Origin: a virus
Virus record (IMG/VR): IMGVR_UViG_3300032323_003201
Span: 8,062-72,061 of that record
Reading direction: 5' to 3' (one strand)
Length of the DNA: 64,000 nucleotides
The notes beneath the pieces were generated by a model. The model was not told the origin of the DNA. It ran no database searches and saw only the letters and a list, made by a program, of their open reading frames with translations. This document shows positions 28,196 through 38,813 of this stretch, piece by piece; positions within the stretch are counted from its first letter, which is position 1, and each line of letters opens with the position of its first letter. A program made the translations under genes and the position numbers.

Positions 28196-29956
28196 ATGAA
28201 GTTAGGTATCAAAGGCAAGGTTGAGAAAAAAGGGATTTTTGACAAGGTGAGTGGTGTCATGGATCAGGTCATGGATGTGGTTGATAGTGTGGTTAGATTA
28301 CCTATTGACTATTATTTAGAGCTGTATCAAGGTGGGAAGAGGGTCAAGGTTGTTGTCCTACCTTCCCAACCACAAGGGTTTAGCATAGAGAGAGAAACAC
28401 CTAGCAAGCTAGAATACACCTTTGATGATCAATCTGTGTTTAGACAGGTTGGCACACCTCGTAAGGCAAGCATAGCAATCAAGGGAAAGGTAGGTCTTGG
28501 AGCTAGGCTAGGGAGCAAGGCAAGTGGTATCATAGGCTTTCTCACACCTGATCAATTGGTGCAAGAGTTTGGTGATTTCTTACATGAGTATGGTGAGCAA
28601 GCAAGGTCAGAGAAGAACAAGATTTTTCTTGATTTTACAGAGCTAGACACCTTCCTAAAGGATAAGAGAACCACCCTCGTTTTTAGAGCAGTGCAAGAGC
28701 AAGTCAATGCCAAGGTAGAGGTTAAGCGTTGGCGTGCTGATAGAACAAGGTTGTCATATGATTGGACACTTGATTTAGAAGCCTATGATCAAGCTGTGCC
28801 ACCAGAGAAATCATGGTATGACCAAGTGATGGATGTGGTTAAGGATGTAGAGAAGCTCACAAATTCAATTCGTGCATTTGGTGCAGTGGCAAATAATGTG
28901 GCAACCAATGCAAGTAATGTGGTTTCTAGTGTCAGTAGTGCGATTAAGAATGTTGCTCTCTTACCTATCACTATTGCAAGTGATTTCAAAAATTCATGGA
29001 AAACCTTGGGTGGTATAATTGACACGATCAAGGACGCAATCAAGCAAATCAAATCTGCATATGGTGATGATGAGGCAACAGGTGTAAGCACAACAGCACA
29101 AGCAAGCTGGGAAATAAGGGGGTTATCCTTTGGTGATGCAATTCGTGTACAATGGAAAAATAGCAATATCCCTAATTTATCTCAAGGCACACCCATTGAT
29201 TTAAATCTTCTTATCTTAACCCAAAGCTTAGAAGATCTTGCATACACCCTTGAGCTATTACAAGGCTATATTACACCCAGTCTAAAGAGTGATGATTTGG
29301 CCAAAGGCTTTCTTAGGACAGAGAGAGGCTTTAAACAACTCTCTGCATTCAATCAAGGTTTTGATACCACCCCAAGTGTTGAGCAAGATCCTTATCCCAC
29401 CTTTGAATATACTCTTAGAGTAGGTGAGAATTTACTTACCATTGCCACAGATTTACTGAATGCACCATCTGATTGGCACAAGCTTGCCAAGCTCAATTCA
29501 TGCCTTGATGCTCACACTAAAAGAGATGGGTCAATCCTACAAGCAGGGGACATTATCCTTGTGCCAACAGATGAGGCAATCCCAAGCTTTGCACCCAACC
29601 AATACACTAGCGATTTAAAGCTAATAGATGGTGACCTTGTACTTGGTAGTGATGATCTTGCTCTTGTCTCTGGCATGGTTGCAATTAAACAATCACTTGT
29701 TTATAGGCTCACAACAGAGAAGGGACAGCTCACACTATTCCCCAACTTTGGTATACAAAAAATCATTGGCTCAAAGAATGTGAACAAGGTTAATTCTTAC
29801 CTTGCTGTGGATATTAAAGAACAAATTTTAAGTGATACTAGAATTATTGATGTGCCAAGCATTTCAATCGTGGCAGATGGTGATGGGGTTGCCATAGATT
29901 TATCATGTCGCACTACACTAAATGATGATAGTATCTCTCTCATTGCACCAATATAG
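28196..29956 (+). CDS. Baseplate protein with LysM-like domain fused to gp25/W-like wedge domain
   Basis: YTLRVGENLLTIA...WHKLAKLN...LQAGDIILVP (LysM-like); DLALVSG...QSLVYRLTTEKGQL...PNFG...SDTRI (gp25-like). Confidence 0.75.
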   Translation: MKLGIKGKVEKKGIFDKVSGVMDQVMDVVDSVVRLPIDYYLELYQGGKRVKVVVLPSQPQGFSIERETPSKLEYTFDDQSVFRQVGTPRKASIAIKGKVGLGARLGSKASGIIGFLTPDQLVQEFGDFLHEYGEQARSEKNKIFLDFTELDTFLKDKRTTLVFRAVQEQVNAKVEVKRWRADRTRLSYDWTLDLEAYDQAVPPEKSWYDQVMDVVKDVEKLTNSIRAFGAVANNVATNASNVVSSVSSAIKNVALLPITIASDFKNSWKTLGGIIDTIKDAIKQIKSAYGDDEATGVSTTAQASWEIRGLSFGDAIRVQWKNSNIPNLSQGTPIDLNLLILTQSLEDLAYTLELLQGYITPSLKSDDLAKGFLRTERGFKQLSAFNQGFDTTPSVEQDPYPTFEYTLRVGENLLTIATDLLNAPSDWHKLAKLNSCLDAHTKRDGSILQAGDIILVPTDEAIPSFAPNQYTSDLKLIDGDLVLGSDDLALVSGMVAIKQSLVYRLTTEKGQLTLFPNFGIQKIIGSKNVNKVNSYLAVDIKEQILSDTRIIDVPSISIVADGDGVAIDLSCRTTLNDDSISLIAPI

Positions 29957-29966
29957 GATTTGAATT

Positions 29967-31355
29967 ATGCCATATACACCTAAACCAGCTCTTGAAATAT
30001 TAAGAGATTTGACAGCCATGACAATTGGTAGGACAGGTCTAAATGATATCTCTAATGGGTCTATTTTAACCACCCTCTTCTCTGCGATTGCACAGGAATT
30101 AGCTAGTGTAGAGAGAAAGCTCGTGTCTATTCGTGAGAGCTATTTCTTTGATACTGTTTCAGGGGTTGAGCTAGATGAGAGAGTGAGAGAGCTACCTCTT
30201 GGCACTGTGAGAAGATTACAAGCAAGCCATGCAAGTGGTGCAATCATTGAAGTGACTAGAGATGATACAAGTGAGAGCCTTACAATCCCTGCAGGTAGTG
30301 AGGTTGTATGCTCTCGCACTAGCATGACATATAGAACGATTGAGGATTACACCATGGTTGTTGGTGCGTCTACTCGCTCAGGTATTTTTGTTGTTGCAAG
30401 TCAACCAGGTAGTCTTGGGAATTGTGCTATTGGGGAAATTGACAAGATTAAATCCATGCCTGATACCATTCTATCATGCACCAATACCATTGCTCTAAAT
30501 AATGGATTCGATGAAGAGGATGACAGTAGTCTTAGAGCAAGAGCTAAAACATATCTCAATTCACTTTCTCGTTCACAAAAGGCAGCACTTGAATTTCTAG
30601 CTGTGTCCTTCGTTGGTAGCACAGGGGAAAGGCTAAGATATGCCAAGCTTGTTGAGCCAGAGAATAGGCCTGCCTATAGTGAATTGTATGTGGATGATGG
30701 CACAGCTGAGATGAGTGTGAATACTCGCTCAAGAGTAGGCAAGGCAATTGGGGGGATTGTGCCTGTTGGTGGCCAAAGGGTCTTATACCATGAAGCACCT
30801 GCAACAGCACCTATCACAGCTAATCAAATTCGTATCAATGGGTTAGCGATTGCATCAAGTCGTATCATCTCTTTACCAGAGAGAGGCCTAGTTTATGTGC
30901 AAGGGTTGCAAGCTGGGGATGAATGGAGCATTGGGGAAAGCTCACCATATAGGGTCTATACAGGTATTATCGCTGAAATACAAAGAGAGATTGAGGGTGA
31001 TTTAGATGAGCCTACAAGGATGACAGGCTTTAGAGCAGCAGGCACAAGGGTTGTTGTAAAAGCAATCACACCCACAGTTATATCCCTACTTGTCAATCTT
31101 AAGGTAAAGCCAACTTATTCAGCAAGTGTTGTGCAATCAGCTGTTGTCCAAGCCTTGGTTGCCTATATCAATTCACTTGCACCCACAGATACATTATATG
31201 TCTCACAGCTTGTCAATATTTGCATGGATATTGATGGTGTGCTTGACATTGCCTTTATCAATGCAGATGAGACACCACTACAAAATATTGAGCCACAAAC
31301 CTCTTCACCCACACGAATAAAAACAGAAAATATTACAGTTAGAGTAGGAGCTTAA
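29967..31355 (+). CDS. Baseplate J-like wedge protein
   Basis: GVELD, TIPAGS, PGSLGN, NGFDEEDDSSLRARA, RAAG, YINSL and IDGVLD motifs. Confidence 0.9.
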   Translation: MPYTPKPALEILRDLTAMTIGRTGLNDISNGSILTTLFSAIAQELASVERKLVSIRESYFFDTVSGVELDERVRELPLGTVRRLQASHASGAIIEVTRDDTSESLTIPAGSEVVCSRTSMTYRTIEDYTMVVGASTRSGIFVVASQPGSLGNCAIGEIDKIKSMPDTILSCTNTIALNNGFDEEDDSSLRARAKTYLNSLSRSQKAALEFLAVSFVGSTGERLRYAKLVEPENRPAYSELYVDDGTAEMSVNTRSRVGKAIGGIVPVGGQRVLYHEAPATAPITANQIRINGLAIASSRIISLPERGLVYVQGLQAGDEWSIGESSPYRVYTGIIAEIQREIEGDLDEPTRMTGFRAAGTRVVVKAITPTVISLLVNLKVKPTYSASVVQSAVVQALVAYINSLAPTDTLYVSQLVNICMDIDGVLDIAFINADETPLQNIEPQTSSPTRIKTENITVRVGA

Positions 31356-31356
31356 C

Positions 31357-32733
31357 ATGACTATCAAGAAAAAAGTTTTATTACAGCCACTTGAAAGACT
31401 TGACCTTGAGGATGTTCAAGGCTTGCAGGATATTGTACATGAGCAAATGAGTAGATTACTTGGGGGTTTAGTGACAAATGGGGGTGGCTTACTAAAGAAA
31501 TGGAGTAGTGCAACCACTGTAAATAATACAAACCACCTAATCAATTTCAGTAATTTTAGTTTTTTCTCTCGTTCTATCATAGGAACAGATGCTAGTCAAG
31601 GCTCTGTCTGTATCTTTGATAGTAGTTTATCAACAAATAGCACCTGTGATTTTACAACAGCTCGCTCACTAACCCAAGCTTACTATACTGCTAATTCTAG
31701 CCTTCCACCAAATCCCACAAGTGAAAGCTATGTTTCTGCAACCCATGCTCAATATTACCCACCTATCTTTGTAAAGCGTGTGCTTGCTAATGCAGAGACA
31801 CAAAACAGACGATTTTGGTCAGTGGTGGATGGTGCAGAGACTACACAAGCAATTGCAACTAGACAGATTGAAAGCACTCAATTTTATGTAGGTGTGCCAA
31901 GTGATTTGGGGGATGAGGGAGAAGCATGGTCTCTTATTGGTAGAATTACCTCTTGGTCTCTCTCTGGTAGTACAGTACAGCTCGCACTTGCAGGTATCAC
32001 ACCCTTCTATTTATCTGACCAGCTTGTAGGCAATTCGTTGTATGTGGATAAAACAAGTGAATGGATTGCACTTACAAATCCAAGTGGTATTGGTGGATTA
32101 CAAGAAGGCATGGGTTATTTAAGATCAAGGCTTGATGATTTGGCAGATACCTTTAGCACACTCTCAACCACTCTCACAACCTTCATGAGTAAGAAAAAGA
32201 GAGGCTCAATCACTGCCAAGCATATTCTTAATCTCACTAACCCCTACACCAATACACTAACAATCAATCAAAACTCACTTGATGATTTCAACCTCGATAT
32301 AAGACAAGATTTTGATCCTGTAGACAATGTTGGCACAATCACCACACCCTACACAGCACAAAAGGTCAATGCAAGCAGTGATGGTGTAAAGGCAATGCTC
32401 GCAAGTTATGTTGTTCTTGTGCCACAAGCCTATGAGAACATGCTTTTCAATTGTACGATAAACACCATTGTGCCTATGATCGATACTGTGTCAGCTGGTG
32501 TGCTAATCGATTTTAGGGGACAAGACACTAAAGGCTTTGATATTTTACTAGATGGTAATGAAACGAATATCACCAATGCAAACAAGGTTAGATTGATATA
32601 CTATAAGGATGCAAGTGGCACAGCTCTCACAGGCTATGGCTTTAAAATTAGACGAAGAGATTACCTAAATACTGCCTACACACAAGATACCTACAATATC
32701 TCTCTATTCTCACTAGATGTCACAATAGGATAA
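31357..32733 (+). CDS. Baseplate or fibre-associated structural protein
   Basis: After baseplate J; N-terminal ERLDLED. Confidence 0.55.
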   Translation: MTIKKKVLLQPLERLDLEDVQGLQDIVHEQMSRLLGGLVTNGGGLLKKWSSATTVNNTNHLINFSNFSFFSRSIIGTDASQGSVCIFDSSLSTNSTCDFTTARSLTQAYYTANSSLPPNPTSESYVSATHAQYYPPIFVKRVLANAETQNRRFWSVVDGAETTQAIATRQIESTQFYVGVPSDLGDEGEAWSLIGRITSWSLSGSTVQLALAGITPFYLSDQLVGNSLYVDKTSEWIALTNPSGIGGLQEGMGYLRSRLDDLADTFSTLSTTLTTFMSKKKRGSITAKHILNLTNPYTNTLTINQNSLDDFNLDIRQDFDPVDNVGTITTPYTAQKVNASSDGVKAMLASYVVLVPQAYENMLFNCTINTIVPMIDTVSAGVLIDFRGQDTKGFDILLDGNETNITNANKVRLIYYKDASGTALTGYGFKIRRRDYLNTAYTQDTYNISLFSLDVTIG

Positions 32734-32736
32734 AAC

Positions 32737-34350
32737 ATGATTACTACATACACAAGCAGTCAAACTAACCCTCTAGCAAGTCAACATGATAAGATTATTG
32801 ATCTAGGTAGTGTGAGTTTACCACAAACAGGCATCCAATTGTATGGACAAGCTCAAGATAGCAATCACCCATCAGCCAGCTTTCTTTATTCATGGACACT
32901 GTCAAAGCCAAGTGGTAGTAATGCATCCTTGAGTAGTAGCACCATCCAAAACCCCATCCTTAACAATGTTGATATTTGGGGGAATTACAGAGTCTTTTTG
33001 ATTGCTACCAACACAAGCACAGGTGAGCGAAGTCAGAGCGATGCTATTATTGCACCATCCACTTCTTTTGTTCATGTTCGTGTCCTATCAGAGAGTAAGG
33101 GTCTTCAGAAGCCTGCTGTTGGTGAAAGAAATTGGCAATCAAGCTTTAATGACCTAGTGGATAGTGTAGAGAATGATATTGGTGGAGCATCTAGCATGGC
33201 ACAGCTCACAGATGTAGACACCACTGGCAAGGCTCAAGGTAAATATGTGAGATATGATGAAGCTAGTCAAAAATTTACCATGCAAGACGCAGATCAAATC
33301 ATATCTATCCCCCCTGCACTAAATGACCTTTCAGATGTGAGTGTGTCTAGTGCAACACAGGGTCAAGTGTTGGTGCGTGGTGCAAGTGAATGGGTGGCAC
33401 AGGATTTAAATGTAAGTGGTGGTGCAACCAAATTGAATGATCTTACAGATTGTGCGAATGTCAGTAGTTATCCTTTGAGTGGGGAAATCCTTATGTATGA
33501 CTCTGCACAAGGGTGGAAAAACCAAAGCATACCATCTGCACCAAGTCAAAATTTAAATGTGGGTGCAAACGATGTTATTCTGCCTATCACAGTGGTTGAC
33601 CTTGCAAATGATAAGCTTTCTTTTCATGGCACAAGTGGTGAGATTGATGTAGTAAAGACTAAAAGTGGCAATGACCTTAGAATCACCATGAGCCTACCTT
33701 CGTCCATTAGTGCAAATGCAAGCACAGCCACAAAGCTTGCCACAACTCGCTTGATTTCTATTACTGGTGCAGTCAGTGGATCTGCCAGCTTTGATGGAAG
33801 TGCACCTATCACAATTGATACAACTTCAAATATCAGCATACCTGCACAGTGGATTACATATAGCCAACAATCAACAGCCACGATTGCTGTGGCTACTAAG
33901 GACATATCTAATCCAAATCTAACAGGTGCATTTAGTGAAGGCACTTTATCAAAGGATTTTAGTAGTGAAATTGCTTTACACCCCCACCTAGTATGGAGAA
34001 ACAACACAGGCACAACCATTAAGATTACATACATTGACCTTGTTGTCTTTAGTGGTGGGTCTCAAGATGGTGATGCAGCACCTGCAGATGAGTATACCTT
34101 CTCACTTGTGAAATGTGTGACACCTGAAGCACTCGCTTTAAATACATGGGTTGACCAAAATGTATTAATAGAAGCGATAAGATCCTCCAATGTTAACTAT
34201 AAAAATCATCGACCCTTACCAGCTTATTTGGATTTGAATACAAACCCTGTGTCTATTCCTAATGGTCAATGGTTTGGGATTAAAGTTTTATCTCACCCTT
34301 ACCATCATGGCTATGGTCTAGCAGGCACAATCACTGCCTATTTAGCATAG
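32737..34350 (+). CDS. Tail fibre/receptor-binding protein
   Basis: PKD-like YSWTLSKPSGSNA; LxDLxDV repeats; one copy of the TRLISITGAVSGSASFDGS module shared with the 3848 fibre. Confidence 0.7.
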   Translation: MITTYTSSQTNPLASQHDKIIDLGSVSLPQTGIQLYGQAQDSNHPSASFLYSWTLSKPSGSNASLSSSTIQNPILNNVDIWGNYRVFLIATNTSTGERSQSDAIIAPSTSFVHVRVLSESKGLQKPAVGERNWQSSFNDLVDSVENDIGGASSMAQLTDVDTTGKAQGKYVRYDEASQKFTMQDADQIISIPPALNDLSDVSVSSATQGQVLVRGASEWVAQDLNVSGGATKLNDLTDCANVSSYPLSGEILMYDSAQGWKNQSIPSAPSQNLNVGANDVILPITVVDLANDKLSFHGTSGEIDVVKTKSGNDLRITMSLPSSISANASTATKLATTRLISITGAVSGSASFDGSAPITIDTTSNISIPAQWITYSQQSTATIAVATKDISNPNLTGAFSEGTLSKDFSSEIALHPHLVWRNNTGTTIKITYIDLVVFSGGSQDGDAAPADEYTFSLVKCVTPEALALNTWVDQNVLIEAIRSSNVNYKNHRPLPAYLDLNTNPVSIPNGQWFGIKVLSHPYHHGYGLAGTITAYLA

Positions 34351-34363
34351 AAAGGATTAGATC

Positions 34364-35200
34364 ATGGAAACTGGCTTTGGCTCACCTACCTATCCCAAGG
34401 TTTTTGATAATGGCTTTGGCTCACCATATAGCACCATACAAAGAGACACTGGCTTTGGCTCACCCTATGATCTATCTGTATCTAGTAGCTCACTTAGTCA
34501 AGTGCTTGTCCCCAACCATGGTGGCACTAGACTTCATATCTATGCAGATTGGAAAACCCTAGCAAGCACTACTCGCTATCCCTTTGTTGTGGGTGGCTTT
34601 AGGGTGTCTTTCCTAGATAGCATGGGTCTAGTGAAGGCTGTATCTCATGGGGGTTTTCCCAAGTCTATGGGTGTGTGCTATACAGATGTTTGGCAAACAA
34701 TGCTTGTGTGCTATGTGCCACCTCTTATCAAAGGCACATATTCAATTTTAGTAGAGTGGGGAAATAACAAAAGCTTGAAGCTTGATGACTCGCTTGTAGT
34801 GGTGGATAAATTTAGAGCATCATCTGTTTATTCTATGAGAAAGCAACTACCACCTTCTTTGGCAACAGGTGCTAGAGATAGTAGACTTGACCCAATCGCA
34901 CAGGATGAATTTGATTTTGGTGTGCTAGAAAGTCTATTGCTCACAGTGGGTGAACAAATCCACAACCTCGTAGGCCAACCCACCACAATTCTTTCTATGG
35001 ATTTTGATGATATTCATGATTTGGTCTTACATGTAGAGAGTACACTTGGCTTTCCAGAGCAAGGCTCTCTCTTTGTAGAGAATAGAAGATTTACATATAC
35101 AAGCAAGACAAATACCAGCTTTATTGGTCTTGCTTTTACCAAGCTGGCATTGCCAATTTTAAGAGGGGGGGTTGTATCCTATGCTGTCTCCAATAGCTAA
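34364..35200 (+). CDS. Putative baseplate/structural protein
   Basis: Three N-terminal GFGSP repeats; VESTLGFPEQG...YTSKT..F motif. Confidence 0.55.
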   Translation: METGFGSPTYPKVFDNGFGSPYSTIQRDTGFGSPYDLSVSSSSLSQVLVPNHGGTRLHIYADWKTLASTTRYPFVVGGFRVSFLDSMGLVKAVSHGGFPKSMGVCYTDVWQTMLVCYVPPLIKGTYSILVEWGNNKSLKLDDSLVVVDKFRASSVYSMRKQLPPSLATGARDSRLDPIAQDEFDFGVLESLLLTVGEQIHNLVGQPTTILSMDFDDIHDLVLHVESTLGFPEQGSLFVENRRFTYTSKTNTSFIGLAFTKLALPILRGGVVSYAVSNS

Positions 35201-35987
35201 AGCAGACCAAATCAAGAATGAAACTCTTTTACATAGAGCAAGTGGGATTGATTTCCAACGAATGCTTTCTCTCTATGGCTTTCATCGCTTGCCTTTTATC
35301 CCTGAGCAATATGTCAGAGAAGCTCTACGATCAGTGGCTTTTGGTGCAAGAGGCACAATAGGCACTGCCTTTGCCTTCTTTAAAAATTTACTACAAGGTT
35401 GGATTGATAGCACAGAAATACAAGTGCTTTCAATTGGTAGTCGCACACTACAAGGCACAGGCTTTCATACTAGATATGAGGGTAGGTGGTGTGAGATAGA
35501 TGGTGTCATCCACTACATAGAAAGGGTCAGTGGATCTACCAATCTTATTTTTAGTGATATATCCACAAGCTTGTGGAAAAAGGCTAGCTTTAAGGCTGGT
35601 GATACATACACAATCAAAATTCTACCTTTTTGGGTTGCACAAGACGATTTAGGCTTGCTTGGGATTTACATTGATGGGTCTATATTCAGTGCACCTACCA
35701 CATACATGAGAGTAGATGGAGAGCCAAGAGAGAATGACCCACTTGGTGGCATACTTGTACCACAAGCACAAACAAGTGATGACGCACCAGCTCTCTATTT
35801 TGCATCAACAGATATATCATCTGTGATTGAATATGCATGGGAACAGATTTTAGCTGCAGGGATAAGAGGCAAGCTTTTGTCTAGGGAATGGACACCAGAG
35901 GGTGAGCCACAAATTTTCTCATCAATTTACAATTCAAATTTAGGTTTCTTTGGGGATATCGTGAGTGTAGAGCCTTCCAATTTTTAA
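35181..35987 (+). CDS. Putative baseplate wedge (I-like) protein
   Basis: ASG..F..YG..R...RE....GARGT...ILAAGI pattern; last gene of the tail operon. Confidence 0.5.
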   Translation: MLSPIAKADQIKNETLLHRASGIDFQRMLSLYGFHRLPFIPEQYVREALRSVAFGARGTIGTAFAFFKNLLQGWIDSTEIQVLSIGSRTLQGTGFHTRYEGRWCEIDGVIHYIERVSGSTNLIFSDISTSLWKKASFKAGDTYTIKILPFWVAQDDLGLLGIYIDGSIFSAPTTYMRVDGEPRENDPLGGILVPQAQTSDDAPALYFASTDISSVIEYAWEQILAAGIRGKLLSREWTPEGEPQIFSSIYNSNLGFFGDIVSVEPSNF

Positions 35988-36553
35988 GCTCTTGATAACT
36001 GCCTAATAATTCTCGCTCTTTCTTCCCTTGCCTCTCGAATTGCATCATCAAGGCTCATGAGCTGATCTTGTCGTACACCATTACCTAAATCAGTGCCATC
36101 TTGAAGCACGATTTTTTGACCAAAAGCCTTGTGGAAGGGAATAGCACCTAGAAAGCGATTTCCCCATTTTTCATCTTCATGCACAAGTACATAGATATCA
36201 ATGACAGTATTTTTTTTAGATTGGGGAACAAGTAAATTTGAATGTGAATATCTTACACCTTTGATATCCAAGAGGACACCATCATAATTTAAATCGCCTA
36301 AATCTGTGCCTTTGATTGCAGAGCGATTACCTGATTTAAACACCTGCTCAATATCCAACCCAAGAGTGATGGCCATGCTTGCCTCACATACAATTCCACG
36401 AAGCTCAATAGTCTCTTGTGACTCAGTGGATTTCTTTGCATCCTTCCACCAAGGCTTGGCTAGGTTTTCTTGGGTGCGTCTCTTGGCTGCTCTTTTGCAT
36501 CTGTCCATCAAGTCATCTGGGATGGGTGCAAGTGTGTCTTTTTTTCTAAGCAT
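35984..36553 (-). CDS. Hypothetical protein, possible PD-(D/E)xK fold
   Basis: Start MLRKKDT after GGAG; GIVCE...DLGD...LDIK pattern. Confidence 0.55.
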   Translation of the reverse strand: MLRKKDTLAPIPDDLMDRCKRAAKRRTQENLAKPWWKDAKKSTESQETIELRGIVCEASMAITLGLDIEQVFKSGNRSAIKGTDLGDLNYDGVLLDIKGVRYSHSNLLVPQSKKNTVIDIYVLVHEDEKWGNRFLGAIPFHKAFGQKIVLQDGTDLGNGVRQDQLMSLDDAIREAREERARIIRQLSRA

Positions 36554-36584
36554 TGTATTTCTCCAAAGTTGAAAAAGTTTTTTA

Positions 36585-36655
36585 GATTTGCTTTGTGAGT
36601 ATAGCATATAATAAAAAATGCATGTGTACAATGAAAAAGTTAAAAAATTTAAATT
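36585..36655 (-). promoter_or_regulatory. Conserved promoter
   Basis: TTAACTTTTT-CA-TTGTAC-N17-TATGCT...CAAAGCAAAT. Confidence 0.6.
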
Positions 36656-36728
36656 TAAGTGGGTGAGGCGTTGCACCTACACCCACAAAAACAAGGCTCG
36701 ATTGCCACCAACAGAATAAAGGAAAATC

Positions 36729-37169
36729 ATGAGTGTGTCAAAAGTTGTAATGAAGCCTGCTCTGCTTAGTAGAGAGCAAAAGCATGATATGCAGATAACC
36801 CCCAATTTCAATTTGCATGAGCTTGAGTTTAGATCAGTGATACCTGATGAATATCTAAGCAATGCAAAGAGCTTATTAATTGAGCTACAAAAGGTCAGAG
36901 ACGCACTAGGCAAGCCTATCATCATCACAAGTGGCTATAGGTCATCTGAATATAATAGTGAGATTGGGGGAGCTACGAAGAGCCAACATATCACAGCCAG
37001 TGCAGTTGATTGCTATGCTAGCGATATGGATATTAAAGCATTTCACAAATTTGTGAGAGATGGTATCAAGGCAAAAAAATGGCAATTTGGGGGATTAGGC
37101 TTTTATGATCGTGGGTGGATACATGCAGATATTAGGAAATCCCCCCACCTTGTAGAGTGGATTGGCTAG
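36729..37169 (+). CDS. Peptidase M15-family (zinc) peptidoglycan hydrolase/endolysin
   Basis: ITPNFNLHEL, ITSGYRS..YN..IGGA.KSQH....AVD and GLGFY...WIHADIR motifs. Confidence 0.88.
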   Translation: MSVSKVVMKPALLSREQKHDMQITPNFNLHELEFRSVIPDEYLSNAKSLLIELQKVRDALGKPIIITSGYRSSEYNSEIGGATKSQHITASAVDCYASDMDIKAFHKFVRDGIKAKKWQFGGLGFYDRGWIHADIRKSPHLVEWIG

Positions 37170-37171
37170 GC

Positions 37172-38062
37172 TTATTCCCAAATTCGCCAAGCGTCTTTCT
37201 CATCAAAAGGCTCACCTTCGTCAACAAGCTCAGTGCAGCCACAATCAAGAGCGATTTGCATCAAGTCTAGTGCATCACCCTTGTCCCCACTCTCAAGAAA
37301 TGACTCCCAAGCACAGAGCATGTTCTCTTGCACCCACTCTCGTGCTTGGGTCAAGGTTTTCAATTTCCCCTCTGGCAAATCATATTGATAGCCATGATTG
37401 AAACCATCACCATACACACCACAGGAATACACAGACATTTTGAAGGTGTCAGTGCTTAGGGACACAAACCAAAGCTTGTCTGCATTGGGTTGGATTGCCT
37501 TCATGCTGTCAACCAAGTCTTGGATATCAGTTGCATTTCTGATGATACGAACCATGTCCAAATACTTGGTCTTCTCTGAGATTGCATTCAAGAAGATTTG
37601 CACACCTTGACAGCTACCACGCACACCAAATGACTTGGTAATGTCAACAATGGTCACACCATTATTTGATACAGTGGTGTCCACAGTGTAGCCATTGATA
37701 TCCATGGTGCTTGTCTTGATTTCTACTGCATCAATGGTTGCTTGCTTTTCTGCCTTGAGGGTTGCAAGCTTTTCTTCCAACACTTTGATTTCATCATCAA
37801 TGGTAGCAACAGTTTCAGCTTGTGCAACAACAACAGGCTTGTCTTCTACCATGCCTTGTGACTCACAGAGTAAGAAGCACATTTGGACAGAGTAAGCAAC
37901 TGGCACATACATGAAACCATCATCTTGACGAACAACAGAGTAGACACCTTCTAGGTGCAATTCAACATTGTACTTGCGACCAGCCTTGTCAACATAGGTG
38001 CGTACTAAGGTGGTTGGGTGGGTTTCTTTGGCTTGTGCGATGAGTGCATTGAAGTCGATCAT
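37172..38062 (-). CDS. Hypothetical acidic protein (probable early gene)
   Basis: 296-aa ORF with RBS AAGGA and its own promoter. Confidence 0.75.
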   Translation of the reverse strand: MIDFNALIAQAKETHPTTLVRTYVDKAGRKYNVELHLEGVYSVVRQDDGFMYVPVAYSVQMCFLLCESQGMVEDKPVVVAQAETVATIDDEIKVLEEKLATLKAEKQATIDAVEIKTSTMDINGYTVDTTVSNNGVTIVDITKSFGVRGSCQGVQIFLNAISEKTKYLDMVRIIRNATDIQDLVDSMKAIQPNADKLWFVSLSTDTFKMSVYSCGVYGDGFNHGYQYDLPEGKLKTLTQAREWVQENMLCAWESFLESGDKGDALDLMQIALDCGCTELVDEGEPFDEKDAWRIWE

Positions 38063-38091
38063 TTTTGTTTTCCTTTAGGATAAAGTTGTTT

Positions 38092-38168
38092 AGTTTGCTT
38101 TGTATATATATGTATATAGTATGTATAAAAATAAGTCAAGTAAAAAGTTAAAAAAATTAACTTTTTTT
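38092..38168 (-). promoter_or_regulatory. Conserved promoter with palindromic upstream element
   Basis: AAAAAGTTAA-N5-TTAACTTTTT palindrome, then AC-TTGACT-N17-TATACA...CAAAGCAAAC. Confidence 0.7.
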
Positions 38169-38181
38169 AAAGAGGTGTTTT

Positions 38182-38727
38182 ATGACAGAAAAAAATGTGA
38201 CCAGGTTGGGACAACATATTTATTTTTATGATGAGGTTGACCCTGAGTCAATTCATGCTCTCTGTATGCTGCTAAAAGAGGTTGAGAGAGAAAGCAAGTG
38301 CAAGCAGGTCAATGATGGCCTTGACAATCCCCCAATCATCCACCTTCATGTTCATAGCTATGGGGGTGATGCCTACTCTGGTCTAGCAGGTGCAAGTGCT
38401 GTGCTTGGGTGTAGTGTGCCTATTCATACATATGTAGAGGGGGGTGTGGCTAGTGCTGCTACACTGCTCACTATGGCAGGCAAGAAAAGATTTATTCACT
38501 CACTTAGCTTTATGCTGATCCACCAAATCAGCACTTGGACACAAGGCACATATGAAAACCTACTAGACAGCAAGGACAATTCAACACAGCTCATGCAGAC
38601 CTTCTACGATTTCTATGAGAGCAAATCAAAGCTCAAGGCTAAACAAATCAAAAAAATTCTAAAGCGTGATTTGTGGTTTAGTGCATCTGACTGTAAGGCT
38701 TTTGGATTGGTGGATGAAATCCTATAA
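38182..38727 (+). CDS. clpP: ClpP-like serine protease
   Basis: IHLHVHSYGG; GGVASAAT (Ser); FMLIHQ (His); RDLWFSA (Asp); FGLVDEI. Confidence 0.85.
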   Translation: MTEKNVTRLGQHIYFYDEVDPESIHALCMLLKEVERESKCKQVNDGLDNPPIIHLHVHSYGGDAYSGLAGASAVLGCSVPIHTYVEGGVASAATLLTMAGKKRFIHSLSFMLIHQISTWTQGTYENLLDSKDNSTQLMQTFYDFYESKSKLKAKQIKKILKRDLWFSASDCKAFGLVDEIL

Positions 38728-38730
38728 AAA

Positions 38731-38762
38731 GCAAAAAGCCACCTTTTACAGTGGCCTTTTAA
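38731..38762. terminator. Probable bidirectional intrinsic terminator
   Basis: AAAAAGCCAC-CTTTTACA-GTGGCCTTTT between convergent genes. Confidence 0.5.
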
Positions 38763-38813
38763 CTTGTTCAACTCAACCCAATCAACACACAAACTGTCTT
38801 CCTATCCAAGACT

